43,842 nt of DNA, from assembly GCA_964437025.1 (NCBI GenBank), contig CAYTEZ010000003.1, positions 1-43,842 on the forward strand, in the 5' to 3' direction. Shown in pieces: positions 1 to 10,600 of this stretch. A program made the translations under genes and the position numbers. The notes under the pieces were generated by a model. It saw only the letters and a program-made list of their open reading frames with translations. It had not been told where the DNA came from and did not search any database. Every line of letters starts with the position of its first letter. Position 1 is the first letter of the stretch. The stretch comes from an uncultured Gammaproteobacteria bacterium (GTDB lineage Bacteria; Patescibacteriota; Patescibacteriia; Patescibacteriales; UBA12465).

Positions 1-46
1 TGACAGTTTTGCAAACTGTAGTGTTGAACCGCTTCACCATCGGACC
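1..46 (-). tRNA. tRNA-Cys(GCA), 5' part only, truncated by the window edge
   Basis: Reverse complement reads GGTCCGA-TG-GTGA(D arm), then anticodon stem ACAGT/ACTGT with loop TTGCAAA (anticodon GCA). The 3' half lies outside the window. Confidence 0.7.
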
Positions 47-134
47 ATGATTACAGAGATATAATAATATATATTATAAAAAAAAGCTATATTGACAGAC
101 ATCTTTTTGTGTGGCAGATATTTTTAAAATATTT

Positions 135-163
135 TTTTAATTTTCTCAAAAATATGTTATAAT
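135..163 (+). promoter_or_regulatory. Extended -10 promoter candidate for the cytidylyltransferase gene
   Basis: TGtTATAAT at 155-163. The -35 (TTTTAA, 135-140) at 17-nt spacing is weak. Confidence 0.35.
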
Positions 164-192
164 AAAAAATAATAAAATTAAGTTTAAATAAT

Positions 193-648
193 ATGAAAAA
201 AGTTGAAACTAACAAGAAAAAAAAGAAAGTGGTGGTGGCTGTTAGCGGTTATTTTAACCCTCTCCATGTTGGTCACTTAGAAATGATTGAAAAATCTAAG
301 AAATTGGGAGATTATTTGGTAGCTATAGTTAATAATGATAAACAGGTAAAACTGAAAGGAAGTTTTCCCTTTATGACTCAAGCCGATAGAATAAAGATAG
401 TTAAGGCTTTGCGAGATGTTGATGAAGTATTTTTGTCAATTGATAATGACAAAACTGTTTGTAAATCTTTAGCTAAAGTTAAACCAGATATTTTTGCTAA
501 TGGTGGTGATAGAAAAAGTTTAAACGATGTCCCAGAATTTGATATTTGCCAAAAGTTAAATATAAAGATGGTTGATGGTTTAGGAAAAAAGATTCGAGCT
601 AGTTCAACCTTAATAGCCAATGCTAACAAACATAAAGAAAAAAAATAA
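193..648 (+). CDS. Cytidylyltransferase/adenylyltransferase family protein (RfaE domain II / TagD-like nucleotidyltransferase)
   Basis: N-terminal VAVSGYFNPLHVGHLEMI carries the HxGH nucleotidyltransferase signature. 151 aa. Confidence 0.8.
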   Translation: MKKVETNKKKKKVVVAVSGYFNPLHVGHLEMIEKSKKLGDYLVAIVNNDKQVKLKGSFPFMTQADRIKIVKALRDVDEVFLSIDNDKTVCKSLAKVKPDIFANGGDRKSLNDVPEFDICQKLNIKMVDGLGKKIRASSTLIANANKHKEKK

Positions 649-652
649 TCAG

Positions 653-1657
653 ATGAAAATATTTAAAACTCTCATTTTTATATTGATAGCCGTATTTTTA
701 GTGTTGATTTTTTCGTATAATCGCTCTATTAATCGAACTGATAATAATGGGGTAGAAAAACAATTTGTTATCGAAAATGGCCAAGGACTTAGCACTATTG
801 CTCGAGGTTTAAAAGGTGCTGGATTAATTCACTCTAAAACATATTTTAAAGTGTATTCAGTTTTGTCTGGTCGCCAAGGATCTTTTCGCAGTGGAGAATA
901 TACTTTAAGCTCTAAAATGGATATTAAAGAAATTGTGGCTGAGCTAACTAAACCAATATTTTTAAAAGAAGAAGTAAAGATAACTTTTATTGAGGGCTGG
1001 AATTTAAAAAATTATAATGAAGCTTTAGCTAGTAGTAGCTTAGAAGATGTTTCTGATTTTATGAAAGCTACTACCAAGAATTATTCGGATAAGTTTTCTT
1101 TTTTGAAAGACAAGCCTAAAGGTTTAGATTTAGAAGGTTATTTATTCCCTGATACCTATCGTTTCTATACTGATATTACTGGAGAAGAGGTAGTTTTAAA
1201 GATGTTATCTAATTTTGATAATAAATTAAGTGATCAAATGAGAAGCGATATAGAAAAACAAGGAAAAACAATCTCTGAAATTATTACCATGGCCTCCATT
1301 ATTGAAAAAGAAGTACGTAGTACTAAGGATATGAAAATAGTTTCTGGTATTTTCTGGGATAGAATTGATAATGGGCAAGCACTGGAGTCATGCGCCACTT
1401 TAGCTTATATTTTAGGAGTCAATAAAGCCCAGTATAGTTATGAAGATACCAGAATTGATTCCCCATATAATACTTATATCAACCGTGGTCTGCCAATCGG
1501 TCCAATTGCTAACCCTGGTATAAAAGCTATTGAAGCAGCTATTTATCCAGAGCATACTGATTACAATTATTTTTTAACTGCTTCCGAGACTGGTGAAACT
1601 ATTTTTAGCAAAACCTATCAAGAACATTTAGCTAATAAAAGTAAATATATAAAATAA
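653..1657 (+). CDS. mltG: Endolytic murein transglycosylase MltG (YceG-like)
   Basis: N-terminal TM helix, LysM-like IARGLKGAGLI segment, and conserved YceG core (EGYLFPDTY, ASIIEKE, SPYNTYINRGLPIGPIANPG). The ATG at 653 is preferred over the track start at 620, which overlaps the upstream gene. Confidence 0.9.
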   Translation: MKIFKTLIFILIAVFLVLIFSYNRSINRTDNNGVEKQFVIENGQGLSTIARGLKGAGLIHSKTYFKVYSVLSGRQGSFRSGEYTLSSKMDIKEIVAELTKPIFLKEEVKITFIEGWNLKNYNEALASSSLEDVSDFMKATTKNYSDKFSFLKDKPKGLDLEGYLFPDTYRFYTDITGEEVVLKMLSNFDNKLSDQMRSDIEKQGKTISEIITMASIIEKEVRSTKDMKIVSGIFWDRIDNGQALESCATLAYILGVNKAQYSYEDTRIDSPYNTYINRGLPIGPIANPGIKAIEAAIYPEHTDYNYFLTASETGETIFSKTYQEHLANKSKYIK

Positions 1658-1658
1658 G

Positions 1659-3977
1659 ATGGACAAAACTACAAAAAGAATTTTAATTGGCTTACTTATT
1701 TTCTTAGTACTATTTTTTGTAGTTATTTTTGTTGTCTTTAGTCGAAAAAGTGAAACTAATAATCAGGCGCAAGAAGAAAATAAAATTGGTCAATTGGAAG
1801 AGAATAAAAACGCTGATATTGAAGGTCTGATAGACTCCTCTCGTTTGATCGGAGGATTACCAACTAGTGATACTAAAATTGGTGTAAGTTTTGCTGGTGA
1901 AAGTAGCAATGAATTAATTGAATATATTTCCTTTTTAGATTTTTATGAAAAAATAAATGATAACTTATCTTTAAATAATTCTGATTATCAATTACCAATT
2001 AATGTTAAAACAGATGTGGTTAATTATTATGATGTTTCTCGTAAAATTAATTTAGATAATTCTCTAAATTCTTTAAACAAGAACGGTTTTGCTGTAATTG
2101 ATAATCCCTTTTCTTCTAACAATTTTTATAACATCTACGACGAATTAAATAATAAAGAAATTCCCTTATTAATTAGTTCTGATTTTTTAATCTACTATTA
2201 TCAACAAACTTTAAAGAGCGTTTTTAAAGATGTTGAAGAAAATGTTTTTTATTCTAACCTGTGGGAGATCAATAGATTCTTATATGAGACAGCTAAAACT
2301 AGATATGAAAGTAGTTTAAGAGAGAAAGGGCAGGTTAACGATAGAGTTTTAGAAGCCCAAAGGTTGGCCGCAGCTTATTTTGCTACCTCGTTGGAGCTTT
2401 TAGAGCCAGAGACTGCTCAAATTGATAAGAGTAATAATATTTCCAATAAAGCGATGTTTACACCCTATGAGGCTGAAAATTATGCTTTTTCTTTACCTGA
2501 TTATTTAAAAGTTGATGTAGAGAAAGAAGTACAGTTAATAAAAACCATGAACCAATCAGCTAAGTCTCCGGTGCTTTTATACCAAAGAGATTATCGATCT
2601 TTTTTAGTGCCAGAGGAATACAAAGGTAATGCTAAATTAAATAATTTTTATTTAAGTACTAAATGGTTATCGTCAGAATTTCCTCTATACTATCAAGATA
2701 AAAATGACTGCCCTGATTGTGAACTAGATTTTGATGATTGGCGAGTTAGCATGATCACTTCTTCTTTTATTGCTAAAGATATTTTTGATAGTTATGAATT
2801 AAAAAATAAATGGGCTCGTATTTATAAAACGCTAGCTTTCTTTAAAGGTCTTCGCGGAGAGTTAACTTATGTTCATTATCGTGATGCTTTAAAAAATACT
2901 TTTGGTGAAGATTATAAAATTGAAGAAATATTTTCTGATAGTAATTCAGAATCAGTTAATAATTTAAAAAAGTTTAGAGAAAAAATTTTAGAATATAATT
3001 TTTTAGGTATCGAAGGCTCTTTTTCACGCAGTGATATCAAAGAAAGAAAAAATATTGGTGTTCGAATGTTAACTGATTGGTATTGGCCTAATGATTATAT
3101 TTTGCAAGAACTTTCTTCCCCTAATGTTTCTCTATATAATGGTGATAAAATATCAAAAAATAATGTAACAGCTTGTGCTGATAAAAATAGCGGAAAAACA
3201 GTGCGTTGTAACGGTTTTTCTTTAGATATTGTAGCTTTAGTTAATGAAAGAAGTTTGTTAGGAAATGCTTACTATTCAGAAAATTCTAATTATCAAGGAT
3301 ATAATGAAGCTTTGTATTTTCTTACCGCTCAGGTTAATAAGTTTGAAAAAATCTGGCACTATAATAATTATTGGAAGACTTTAAATTTAATTAAAGAGTA
3401 TTTACAATCTGATAAAAATAAACAACCAGCTTTTTCTAGAAGCTCTGATTGGAAAACCAAAGAATTAAATACAGCTGTCGGAGCTTGGGTAAATTTGCAA
3501 TTGCCATTAGAGAAGTTAAGTATTTATAAAAAGAATCAAAGTTATTCTTTGGCTACTGGAGATAAAGAAGTATTTGATTATAACTATATTGAACCTAATT
3601 TAAATTTAATTAACGAACAAATTTCTAATATTAACATGATAACTAAAATGTTTGATTTGTTAAAAATTAGTGAGGAGTTGCGTAGCACTAAAATCGGGTT
3701 AGAGGAAATGAAAAGTAACCTGAGTCGAATTAAGGGAATTATGGTTAAAGAGCTTAATTCAGAAAAACTCAACGAAGAAGACCTCCAATTCATTTCTCTT
3801 CTAGCTTTGGAATTTAAATCCGAGGCAGACTCAAGCAAGATATTAAGAGTCAATTCTGACTCTGGTAAGGCTTTAAATTATGATTTGTCTAAGTCTAAAT
3901 TACTGATAACAGTAAATCAAATTAATGGAATAAAGACTTTTGCCGTTTCCCCAGTCTTTAGCTATAGGGAATATTAA
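1659..3977 (+). CDS. Large N-terminally anchored hypothetical protein (772 aa), possibly DUF3160-like
   Basis: Single N-terminal TM helix then a long N/Y/S-rich soluble region. Size and architecture recall DUF3160; not verified by search. Confidence 0.6.
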   Translation: MDKTTKRILIGLLIFLVLFFVVIFVVFSRKSETNNQAQEENKIGQLEENKNADIEGLIDSSRLIGGLPTSDTKIGVSFAGESSNELIEYISFLDFYEKINDNLSLNNSDYQLPINVKTDVVNYYDVSRKINLDNSLNSLNKNGFAVIDNPFSSNNFYNIYDELNNKEIPLLISSDFLIYYYQQTLKSVFKDVEENVFYSNLWEINRFLYETAKTRYESSLREKGQVNDRVLEAQRLAAAYFATSLELLEPETAQIDKSNNISNKAMFTPYEAENYAFSLPDYLKVDVEKEVQLIKTMNQSAKSPVLLYQRDYRSFLVPEEYKGNAKLNNFYLSTKWLSSEFPLYYQDKNDCPDCELDFDDWRVSMITSSFIAKDIFDSYELKNKWARIYKTLAFFKGLRGELTYVHYRDALKNTFGEDYKIEEIFSDSNSESVNNLKKFREKILEYNFLGIEGSFSRSDIKERKNIGVRMLTDWYWPNDYILQELSSPNVSLYNGDKISKNNVTACADKNSGKTVRCNGFSLDIVALVNERSLLGNAYYSENSNYQGYNEALYFLTAQVNKFEKIWHYNNYWKTLNLIKEYLQSDKNKQPAFSRSSDWKTKELNTAVGAWVNLQLPLEKLSIYKKNQSYSLATGDKEVFDYNYIEPNLNLINEQISNINMITKMFDLLKISEELRSTKIGLEEMKSNLSRIKGIMVKELNSEKLNEEDLQFISLLALEFKSEADSSKILRVNSDSGKALNYDLSKSKLLITVNQINGIKTFAVSPVFSYREY

Positions 3978-3989
3978 AATTTATAACAA

Positions 3990-4009
3990 ATTAGCTAATA
4001 TTAGCTAAT
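3990..4009. repeat. Two tandem copies of the 10-bp palindrome ATTAGCTAAT
   Basis: ATTAGCTAATATTAGCTAAT is read directly; the whole 20-mer is its own reverse complement. It lies 45 bp upstream of the rpoB -35 box. Confidence 0.8.
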
Positions 4010-4053
4010 AAGTATAAAAAATAGCTGTGGAAAAGGTCGGGATAAGTTGTGGA

Positions 4054-4082
4054 TTGACAATTTTAATTTAATATTATAATAT
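4054..4082 (+). promoter_or_regulatory. rpoBC promoter candidate
   Basis: TTGACA (4054-4059), 17 nt, TAATAT (4077-4082). A TATAAT at 4075-4080 would give a 15-nt spacer. Confidence 0.6.
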
Positions 4083-4146
4083 AAGAGCATAAAACTTTAG
4101 TCTTAATATAAATAAAAGTGTATATTTATATTAGATAAACTCTAAA

Positions 4147-4204
4147 CAGCTAAACAACCAAACCTGAAAGGTATTGGAGTCTTTTTGTTGCTGGATTTTT
4201 GTTT
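4147..4204 (+). promoter_or_regulatory. Terminator-like nested hairpin plus U-tract in the rpoB leader (possible attenuator)
   Basis: Nested pairings CAGC/GCTG (4147-4150 with 4190-4193), AACAA/TTGTT, CCAA/TTGG and ACC/GGT with loop TGAAA, followed by GATTTTTGTTT. Confidence 0.4.
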
Positions 4205-4257
4205 ATTCATTAATAAATTAATTCATATAAAACAAGTTGTCTTGTTTTCACAACTTT

Positions 4258-7200
4258 ATGCCTAACGATTTTAAAACTAATATCAAAAATACTGAGCGTC
4301 GTTACTTCACCAACTTCCGTGAAGCAATGCCGATACCAGATTTAATAGAATTGCAAAAAGATTCTTATAAATGGTTTTTAGAAGAAGGTCTAGCGGAATT
4401 ATTTGATGAAATTTCCCCAATAGTTGATTTTAATAACAGAGAGCTTGAGCTTAGCTTGGGTGATTATTATTTGGATAAACCTAAATTTAATGAAATTGAA
4501 AGCCGTGAGAAAAATATTACTTACGAAGCTCCTCTTAGAATTAAAGCTATTTTAAAAAACAAAAGAACTGCTCAAGAAATAGCGCAAGAAGTTTATTTAG
4601 GAGATTTTCCTTTAATGACTGATAATGGAACCTTTATCATTAATGGTATTGAAAGAGTTGTTGTTTCTCAGTTAATTAGAAGTGCTGGTGTAATGTTTAC
4701 TGCTGAATATATCAGAGGAAAAAAATATTATGGAGCTAAAATTATCCCAAATCGTGGTGCTTGGTTAGAAATTGAAACTGATGTTAATAAAGTTATTTGG
4801 GTTAGAATTGATAGAAAAAGAAAGGTAGCAGTTACTTCACTGCTTAGAGCTTTTGGTTACGAAACTGATGAAGAATTAAAGAAATTATTTAAAGATGTTG
4901 ATTTAGTTAAGAGTGAAGACGAACCTACTTATATTGAAGCTACTATCAAAAAAGATTTAGCTAAAAACCAAATTGATGGATTACAAGAAGTATATCGTCG
5001 TATTCGTCCAGGAGATTTAGCTGACGACAAAAACGTAAAACAAATGATTGAAAACATGTTCTTCCGTTTTGATCGTTATGATTTTGGTAGAGTTGGAAGA
5101 TATAAATTAAATCGTCGTTTTGATGAAGAATTACCTATTAACAAAGAAACTAGAATTTTACGTAAGGAAGATCTACTTAACATTGTTAAAGAAGTTATTA
5201 GATTAAATATTACCAAAGAACCAGAAGATGATATTGATCATCTAGGTAATCGTCGTATCAGGGCTATTGGTGGTTTAGTACAGAATCGTTTACGTGTTGG
5301 TTTAGCTCGTATGGAAAGAATTATTAAGGATAAAATGAGTATTGCTGATATTAATACTATTTCCCCAAACAAATTAATCAATGCTCGTCCGGTTATAGCA
5401 ATTATTAGAGAATTCTTTATGTCTTCTCAACTTTCTCAATTCATGGATCAAACTAATCCTCTAGCTGAATTAGAACACAAACGAAGATTATCAGCTATGG
5501 GTCCCGGAGGTTTGACTAGAGAAAGAGCTGGGTTTGATGTTCGTGATGTACACACTACTCACTATGGACGCATTTGTCCGATTGCTACTCCTGAAGGTCC
5601 AAACATTGGTTTGGTTGGTCACTTAGCTTCTTACGCTCATTTGAACCATTACGGATTTTTAGAAGCTCCTTATAGAAAAGTAATTAAAGATAAAAAAGGA
5701 TCAAAGGTTACTAGCGAGATTGTTTATCTTGATGCCTTTGAAGAAGAAAAATATGTTATTGCCGATGCTACTATTCCAGTAGATAACAACGGTTCTTTTA
5801 TGGTAGATAAATATCCAGCTCGTCGTGGTGGAAAACCGGAAACCATTGAAGTTTCAGAGATTGATTTTGTTGGTGTAGCTCCTAACCAAATTATTTCTAT
5901 TGCCACCTCACTTATTCCATTTATGGAACACAATGATGGACAGAGATCACTTATGGGAACAAACATGCAACGTCAGGCTGTGCCTTTAGTTAAGACGGAA
6001 GCACCGATTGTTGGAACTGGTATTGAAGCTATCGCCGCTCGTGATTCAGGTCATATTATTATTGCCCCAGAAGATGGAGAAATTACTAAAGTTGACGCTT
6101 TAAATTTAGAGTTTACTAACACTAAAGGAAAAGTAAAAAAATATACTTTAACTAAATTTTTACGTTCTAACTTCTTAACTTGTATTAACCAAAAACCGAT
6201 TGTTAATGTAGGTGATAAAGTTAAAAAAGGACAAGCTTTAACTGACGGTCCAGCTATTTCTAATGGTGAATTAGCTTTAGGAAAAAATGTTTTAGTAGCC
6301 TTTATGACTTGGGAAGGATATAACTATGAAGATGCGGTTATTATTTCTGAAAGATTAGTCAAAGAGGATGTTTATTCTTCTATCCAAATTGAAAATTATA
6401 CTATTGATGTTCGTGATACAAAACTAGGTCCTGAAGTAATTACTAATGATATTCCAAATATCTCAGAAGAGAAATTAAAGAACTTAGATGAAGATGGAAT
6501 TATTCGTATTGGAGCTGAGGTTTCTAGTGGTGATATTCTAGTTGGAAAAATTACTCCAAAAGGTGAAACTAAATTAAGTGCTGAAGAAAGATTACTTCGA
6601 GCTATCTTTGGTGACAAAGCTAAGGATGTTCGTGATTCTTCTTTATACTTAGAACACGGAGAACAAGGTAAGGTTATTGATATTAAAATTTTCTCACGTG
6701 AAGATGGTGATAAATTAGAAGCTGGTGTTTTGAAATCAGTTCAGATTTCTATTGCTAACTTAAGAAAGATTCAAGTTGGTGATAAGATGTCAGGTCGTCA
6801 TGGTAATAAAGGTGTTATTTCTAAAGTTGTTCCAATTGAAGATATGCCATATATGGAAGATGGAACTCCAATTGATATTATTTTATCTCCTTTGGGTATT
6901 ATTTCTCGTATGAACTTTGGTCAGTTACTTGAAACTCATATGGGTCTAGCTGCTCAAAAATTAGGTTATAAGGTAGCTACCCCTCCTTTAAATGGTATTA
7001 CTGAAGATCAAATTAGAGAAGAATTGAAAAAGGCTGGTTATCCAGAAGATGGAAAAGTTTCTTTATACAATGGAAAGACTGGAGAAAAATATGAAAATAG
7101 AATTACTGTTGGTTATAAATATGTCTTGAAATTAAACCATATGGTTGAAGACAAGATTCACCAAAGATCCATTGGTCCATACTCACTTATTACTCAACAA

Positions 7201-7572
7201 CCATTGGGAGGAAAAGCTCAATTTGGTGGTCAGAGATTTGGAGAAATGGAAGTTTGGGCTTTGGAAGGTTACGGAGCTGCTCATACTTTGCAGGAAATTT
7301 TAACTATTAAATCTGATGATGTTCCTGGAAGAAGTAAAGCTTACGAATCTATCATTAAAGGTGAGGAGATTCAGAAATTAAACGTTCCAGAATCTTTTAA
7401 CGTTTTAATTAGAGAGTTGAAAGGATTAGGCTTAAATGTTGATTTACTTGGAGGAACAGTTGAAGAGACTGAAGATGAAGAAGATATTATAGATAAAGGT
7501 GTAGAAAAGATAAATCACGCTGACAAAGAAATTTATGATGGTTCTTTGCCAGAAGAAAAAATAGCCGAATAA
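4258..7572 (+). CDS. rpoB: DNA-directed RNA polymerase beta subunit
   Basis: Full-length match to conserved RpoB blocks (GTFIINGIERVVVSQL, RRLSAMGPGGL, NMQRQAVPL, GRHGNKGV, GGQRFGEMEVWALE). ATG at 4258 is preferred over the TTG at 4237. Confidence 0.98.
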   Translation: MPNDFKTNIKNTERRYFTNFREAMPIPDLIELQKDSYKWFLEEGLAELFDEISPIVDFNNRELELSLGDYYLDKPKFNEIESREKNITYEAPLRIKAILKNKRTAQEIAQEVYLGDFPLMTDNGTFIINGIERVVVSQLIRSAGVMFTAEYIRGKKYYGAKIIPNRGAWLEIETDVNKVIWVRIDRKRKVAVTSLLRAFGYETDEELKKLFKDVDLVKSEDEPTYIEATIKKDLAKNQIDGLQEVYRRIRPGDLADDKNVKQMIENMFFRFDRYDFGRVGRYKLNRRFDEELPINKETRILRKEDLLNIVKEVIRLNITKEPEDDIDHLGNRRIRAIGGLVQNRLRVGLARMERIIKDKMSIADINTISPNKLINARPVIAIIREFFMSSQLSQFMDQTNPLAELEHKRRLSAMGPGGLTRERAGFDVRDVHTTHYGRICPIATPEGPNIGLVGHLASYAHLNHYGFLEAPYRKVIKDKKGSKVTSEIVYLDAFEEEKYVIADATIPVDNNGSFMVDKYPARRGGKPETIEVSEIDFVGVAPNQIISIATSLIPFMEHNDGQRSLMGTNMQRQAVPLVKTEAPIVGTGIEAIAARDSGHIIIAPEDGEITKVDALNLEFTNTKGKVKKYTLTKFLRSNFLTCINQKPIVNVGDKVKKGQALTDGPAISNGELALGKNVLVAFMTWEGYNYEDAVIISERLVKEDVYSSIQIENYTIDVRDTKLGPEVITNDIPNISEEKLKNLDEDGIIRIGAEVSSGDILVGKITPKGETKLSAEERLLRAIFGDKAKDVRDSSLYLEHGEQGKVIDIKIFSREDGDKLEAGVLKSVQISIANLRKIQVGDKMSGRHGNKGVISKVVPIEDMPYMEDGTPIDIILSPLGIISRMNFGQLLETHMGLAAQKLGYKVATPPLNGITEDQIREELKKAGYPEDGKVSLYNGKTGEKYENRITVGYKYVLKLNHMVEDKIHQRSIGPYSLITQQPLGGKAQFGGQRFGEMEVWALEGYGAAHTLQEILTIKSDDVPGRSKAYESIIKGEEIQKLNVPESFNVLIRELKGLGLNVDLLGGTVEETEDEEDIIDKGVEKINHADKEIYDGSLPEEKIAE

Positions 7573-7601
7573 ATATTTATAAATAATTAAAATAAATTTA
7601 T

Positions 7602-10600
7602 ATGTTAAATCCTATTAAAACCAGCGATTTTGATGCTATCAAGCTGAGTCTAGCTTCACCTGATGATATTTTATCATGGTCTAAAGGAGAAGTGGTAAAG
7701 CCTGAAACCATCAACTATCGTACACAGAAGCCGGAAAAAGACGGTTTATTCTGTGAAAAGATTTTTGGTCCAGTAAAGGATTGGGAATGTTCTTGTGGTA
7801 AATACAAAAAAATCAGATATAAAGGAGTTGTTTGTGATAAGTGTGGCGTAGAAGTTACCAGAAGTGTTGTTCGTCGTGAAAGAATGGGCCATATTAAATT
7901 GCAAGTTCCTTGTTCTCATATTTGGTTCTTAAAAGGACTATCTTCTAAAGTTGGTTTAGTTTTGAATTTGAGTATCCAATCTTTGGAAAAAGTTGTTTAT
8001 TTTGCAAATTTCATTGTAACCGATGTTGATGAAAAATTAAAAAATGAAACTTTAGAAATAATTAAAAAGGAATACAAAAACAAAAGAAAGAACATCGAAG
8101 ATGAAGCACAAAAGAAAATTGATCAAATAAAGAAAGAGTTTAAAGAAGAGGGTTCTAAGGTTGTTAATGAAAAAGTTGATGAGGCTCATAAAGAAAAGGA
8201 AGAGAAGACTACTAAATTAGATACTGATTATGAGAGTGTAAAAAAAGAATTAAAAGAACTTCGTCCTTTATTAATTCTTTCTGAACAAGAATATCAAAAT
8301 TTAAGTTTAAAATTTGGTCATTTATTTGAAGCTGGAATTGGTGCTTTAGCTATCCAAACTTTACTTCGAAGAATAAATTTAGAAAAGACAATTAGTAAGT
8401 TGGAAGAAAAATTAGATACCGTGGTTGAGACTAAAAAAGATAAGATTATTAAGAGATTAAAATTACTTAAGAACTTGCATAAAAATCATATCCGTCCCGA
8501 ATGGATGATTTTAGATGTTATTCCAGTTATTCCACCAGATCTTCGCCCGATGGTAGCTTTGGATGGAGGACGTTTTGCTTCTTCTGATTTAAATGACCTG
8601 TACCGTCGCGTAATTAATCGTAATAATCGTTTAAGACAATTATTAGAATTAAATGCGCCTGAAGTTATCTGTCGTAACGAAAAAAGAATGTTGCAAGAAG
8701 CGGTTGATTCATTAATTGATAACTCAGCTCGTAATAGTAAGATGGTGACTGCTTCAACTGGTCAGAAGAGACAATTAAAATCTCTAGCTGATGCTTTGAA
8801 AGGAAAACAAGGTCGTTTCCGTCAAAACTTACTTGGTAAAAGAGTTGATTATTCTGGTCGTAGTGTTATCGTGGTTAACCCTAAATTGAATTTAGATCAA
8901 TGTGGTTTACCAAAAATCATGGCTTTGGAATTATTTAAACCGTTTATCATTGCCGAATTAATTAAGAAAGAAATTGTTCATAATGTTAGAAGTGCTTCTC
9001 GTTATATTGAAGCTGGAAATGATGATGTTTGGGATATTTTACAAAAAATTATTGATGAAGCTTACGTGTTATTAAACCGTGCTCCAACCTTACATCGTTT
9101 AGGTATTCAGGCTTTTAAACCAATTTTGATTGAAGGAAAAGCTATTCAAATTCATCCTTTAGTTTGTACTGCTTTTAACGCGGACTTTGATGGAGATCAA
9201 ATGGCGGTTCATGTTCCTTTAACTAAAGAAGCTGTGGCTGAGGCTCGTGATATTATGCTTTCATCACACAACTTACTTAAACCAGCTACTGGTGATCCTA
9301 TCGTTACTCCTAACCAAGATATCGTTTGGGGAGCTTATTACATTACTTTAGAAAATCCAATTGACAAAGACCAAGAAGCAAGTAAGTTTAGATATTTCTC
9401 TGAAGAGCAAGAAGCATTACTAGCCTATGACTATAAGTTAATTTCTTTACATGATGTAATTAAGGTAAGAATTAATAAGGAGATGGTGACTACTACTGTT
9501 GGTCGTATTATTTTTAATAAAATTGTTCCAGAAAAATTGAAATTTGTTAATGAAGTATTAGGTAAAGGAAAAGTAAAAAACTTGATTAAAGATTGTTTAA
9601 ATATTTATGGTGAAGAAAGAACCGTAAAATTTATTGATGAATTAAAAAATTTAAGTTTTGACTTTATTACTCGCAGTGGTTTGTCTTGGGGATTTGGTGA
9701 TTTACCTGAATTACCAGAAAAGGATAGATTAATTGAAGAAGCTAATAAACAAGTAGATCAAATTAAAGATCAATTTGAAGAAGGTTTGTTAACTGATAGT
9801 GAAAGATATAGTAAGGTTATTGAAACTTGGACTAATACTAAAGAAAAAATTGCTGATATTTGTAAGGCGGGCTTAAAAGATTCTTTACCAGTTTATTCTA
9901 TGATTGATTCTGGTGCTCGTGGTTCTTGGGCTCAGCCAGTTCAGATTATTGGTATGAAAGGTTTGGTAACATCTCCTTCTGGTGCAATTATTGAATTGCC
10001 AGTTAAAGGTAACTTGAAGAAAGGATATTCAGTATTAGAATACTTTATTTCTACTCATGCTACCAGAAAAGGTTTGTCCGATACCGCTCTTAGAACTGCT
10101 AACGCCGGTTACTTAACTAGGAGATTAGTTGATGTAGCTCAAGATGTTATTATTTCTGAAGATGATTGTGGCGACAAAGAAGGATTATTAATTAACCGAG
10201 TTGATGTGGAAAAAGAAAATGATGATTTCTTCCGTAAAATTTCTGGTCGTTATCTAGCTAAAGATTTAGTTGATAAAAAAGGAAAAGTTTTACTTGGTGC
10301 TGGAGAATTAATGACTGAAGAATTTATTAAAAAGAATAGAGATAAGGATATTGAGTCAGCTACTATTCGTTCAGTTTTGAGCTGTAAAATGCATAAAGGA
10401 ATTTGTGCTAAATGTTACGGTGTCGACTTGGCTTACAACAAAGAAGTTAAGTTAGGAACTACTGTTGGTATTATTGCTGCTCAATCTATTGGTGAACCTG
10501 GAACTCAGCTTACTATGAGAACTTTCCATACTGGAGGTGTAGCTAGTGCTGAAGATATCACTCAAGGTTTACCTAGAGTAGAAGAAATCTTTGAAAACAG

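Noticed and set aside
4018-4055. Shared motif AATAGyTGTGGAAAA at 4020-4034 and 12191-12205, with TGTGGATTG at 4047-4055. These match the DnaA-box consensus (TTWTNCACA on the other strand), which raised the idea of an origin or DnaA-regulated site.
   Set aside because: A rough composition-based estimate suggests several TTWTNCACA matches, and an 18-mer with two mismatches, are expected by chance in 44 kb of this AT-rich DNA. There is no dnaA or dnaN, no box cluster and no AT-rich unwinding element. Worth a genome-wide check only.
4237-4257. TTG-initiated N-terminal extension of rpoB (MSCFHNF)
   Set aside because: The ATG at 4258 gives a normal RpoB N-terminus. The extension overlaps a leader hairpin and is not RpoB-like.
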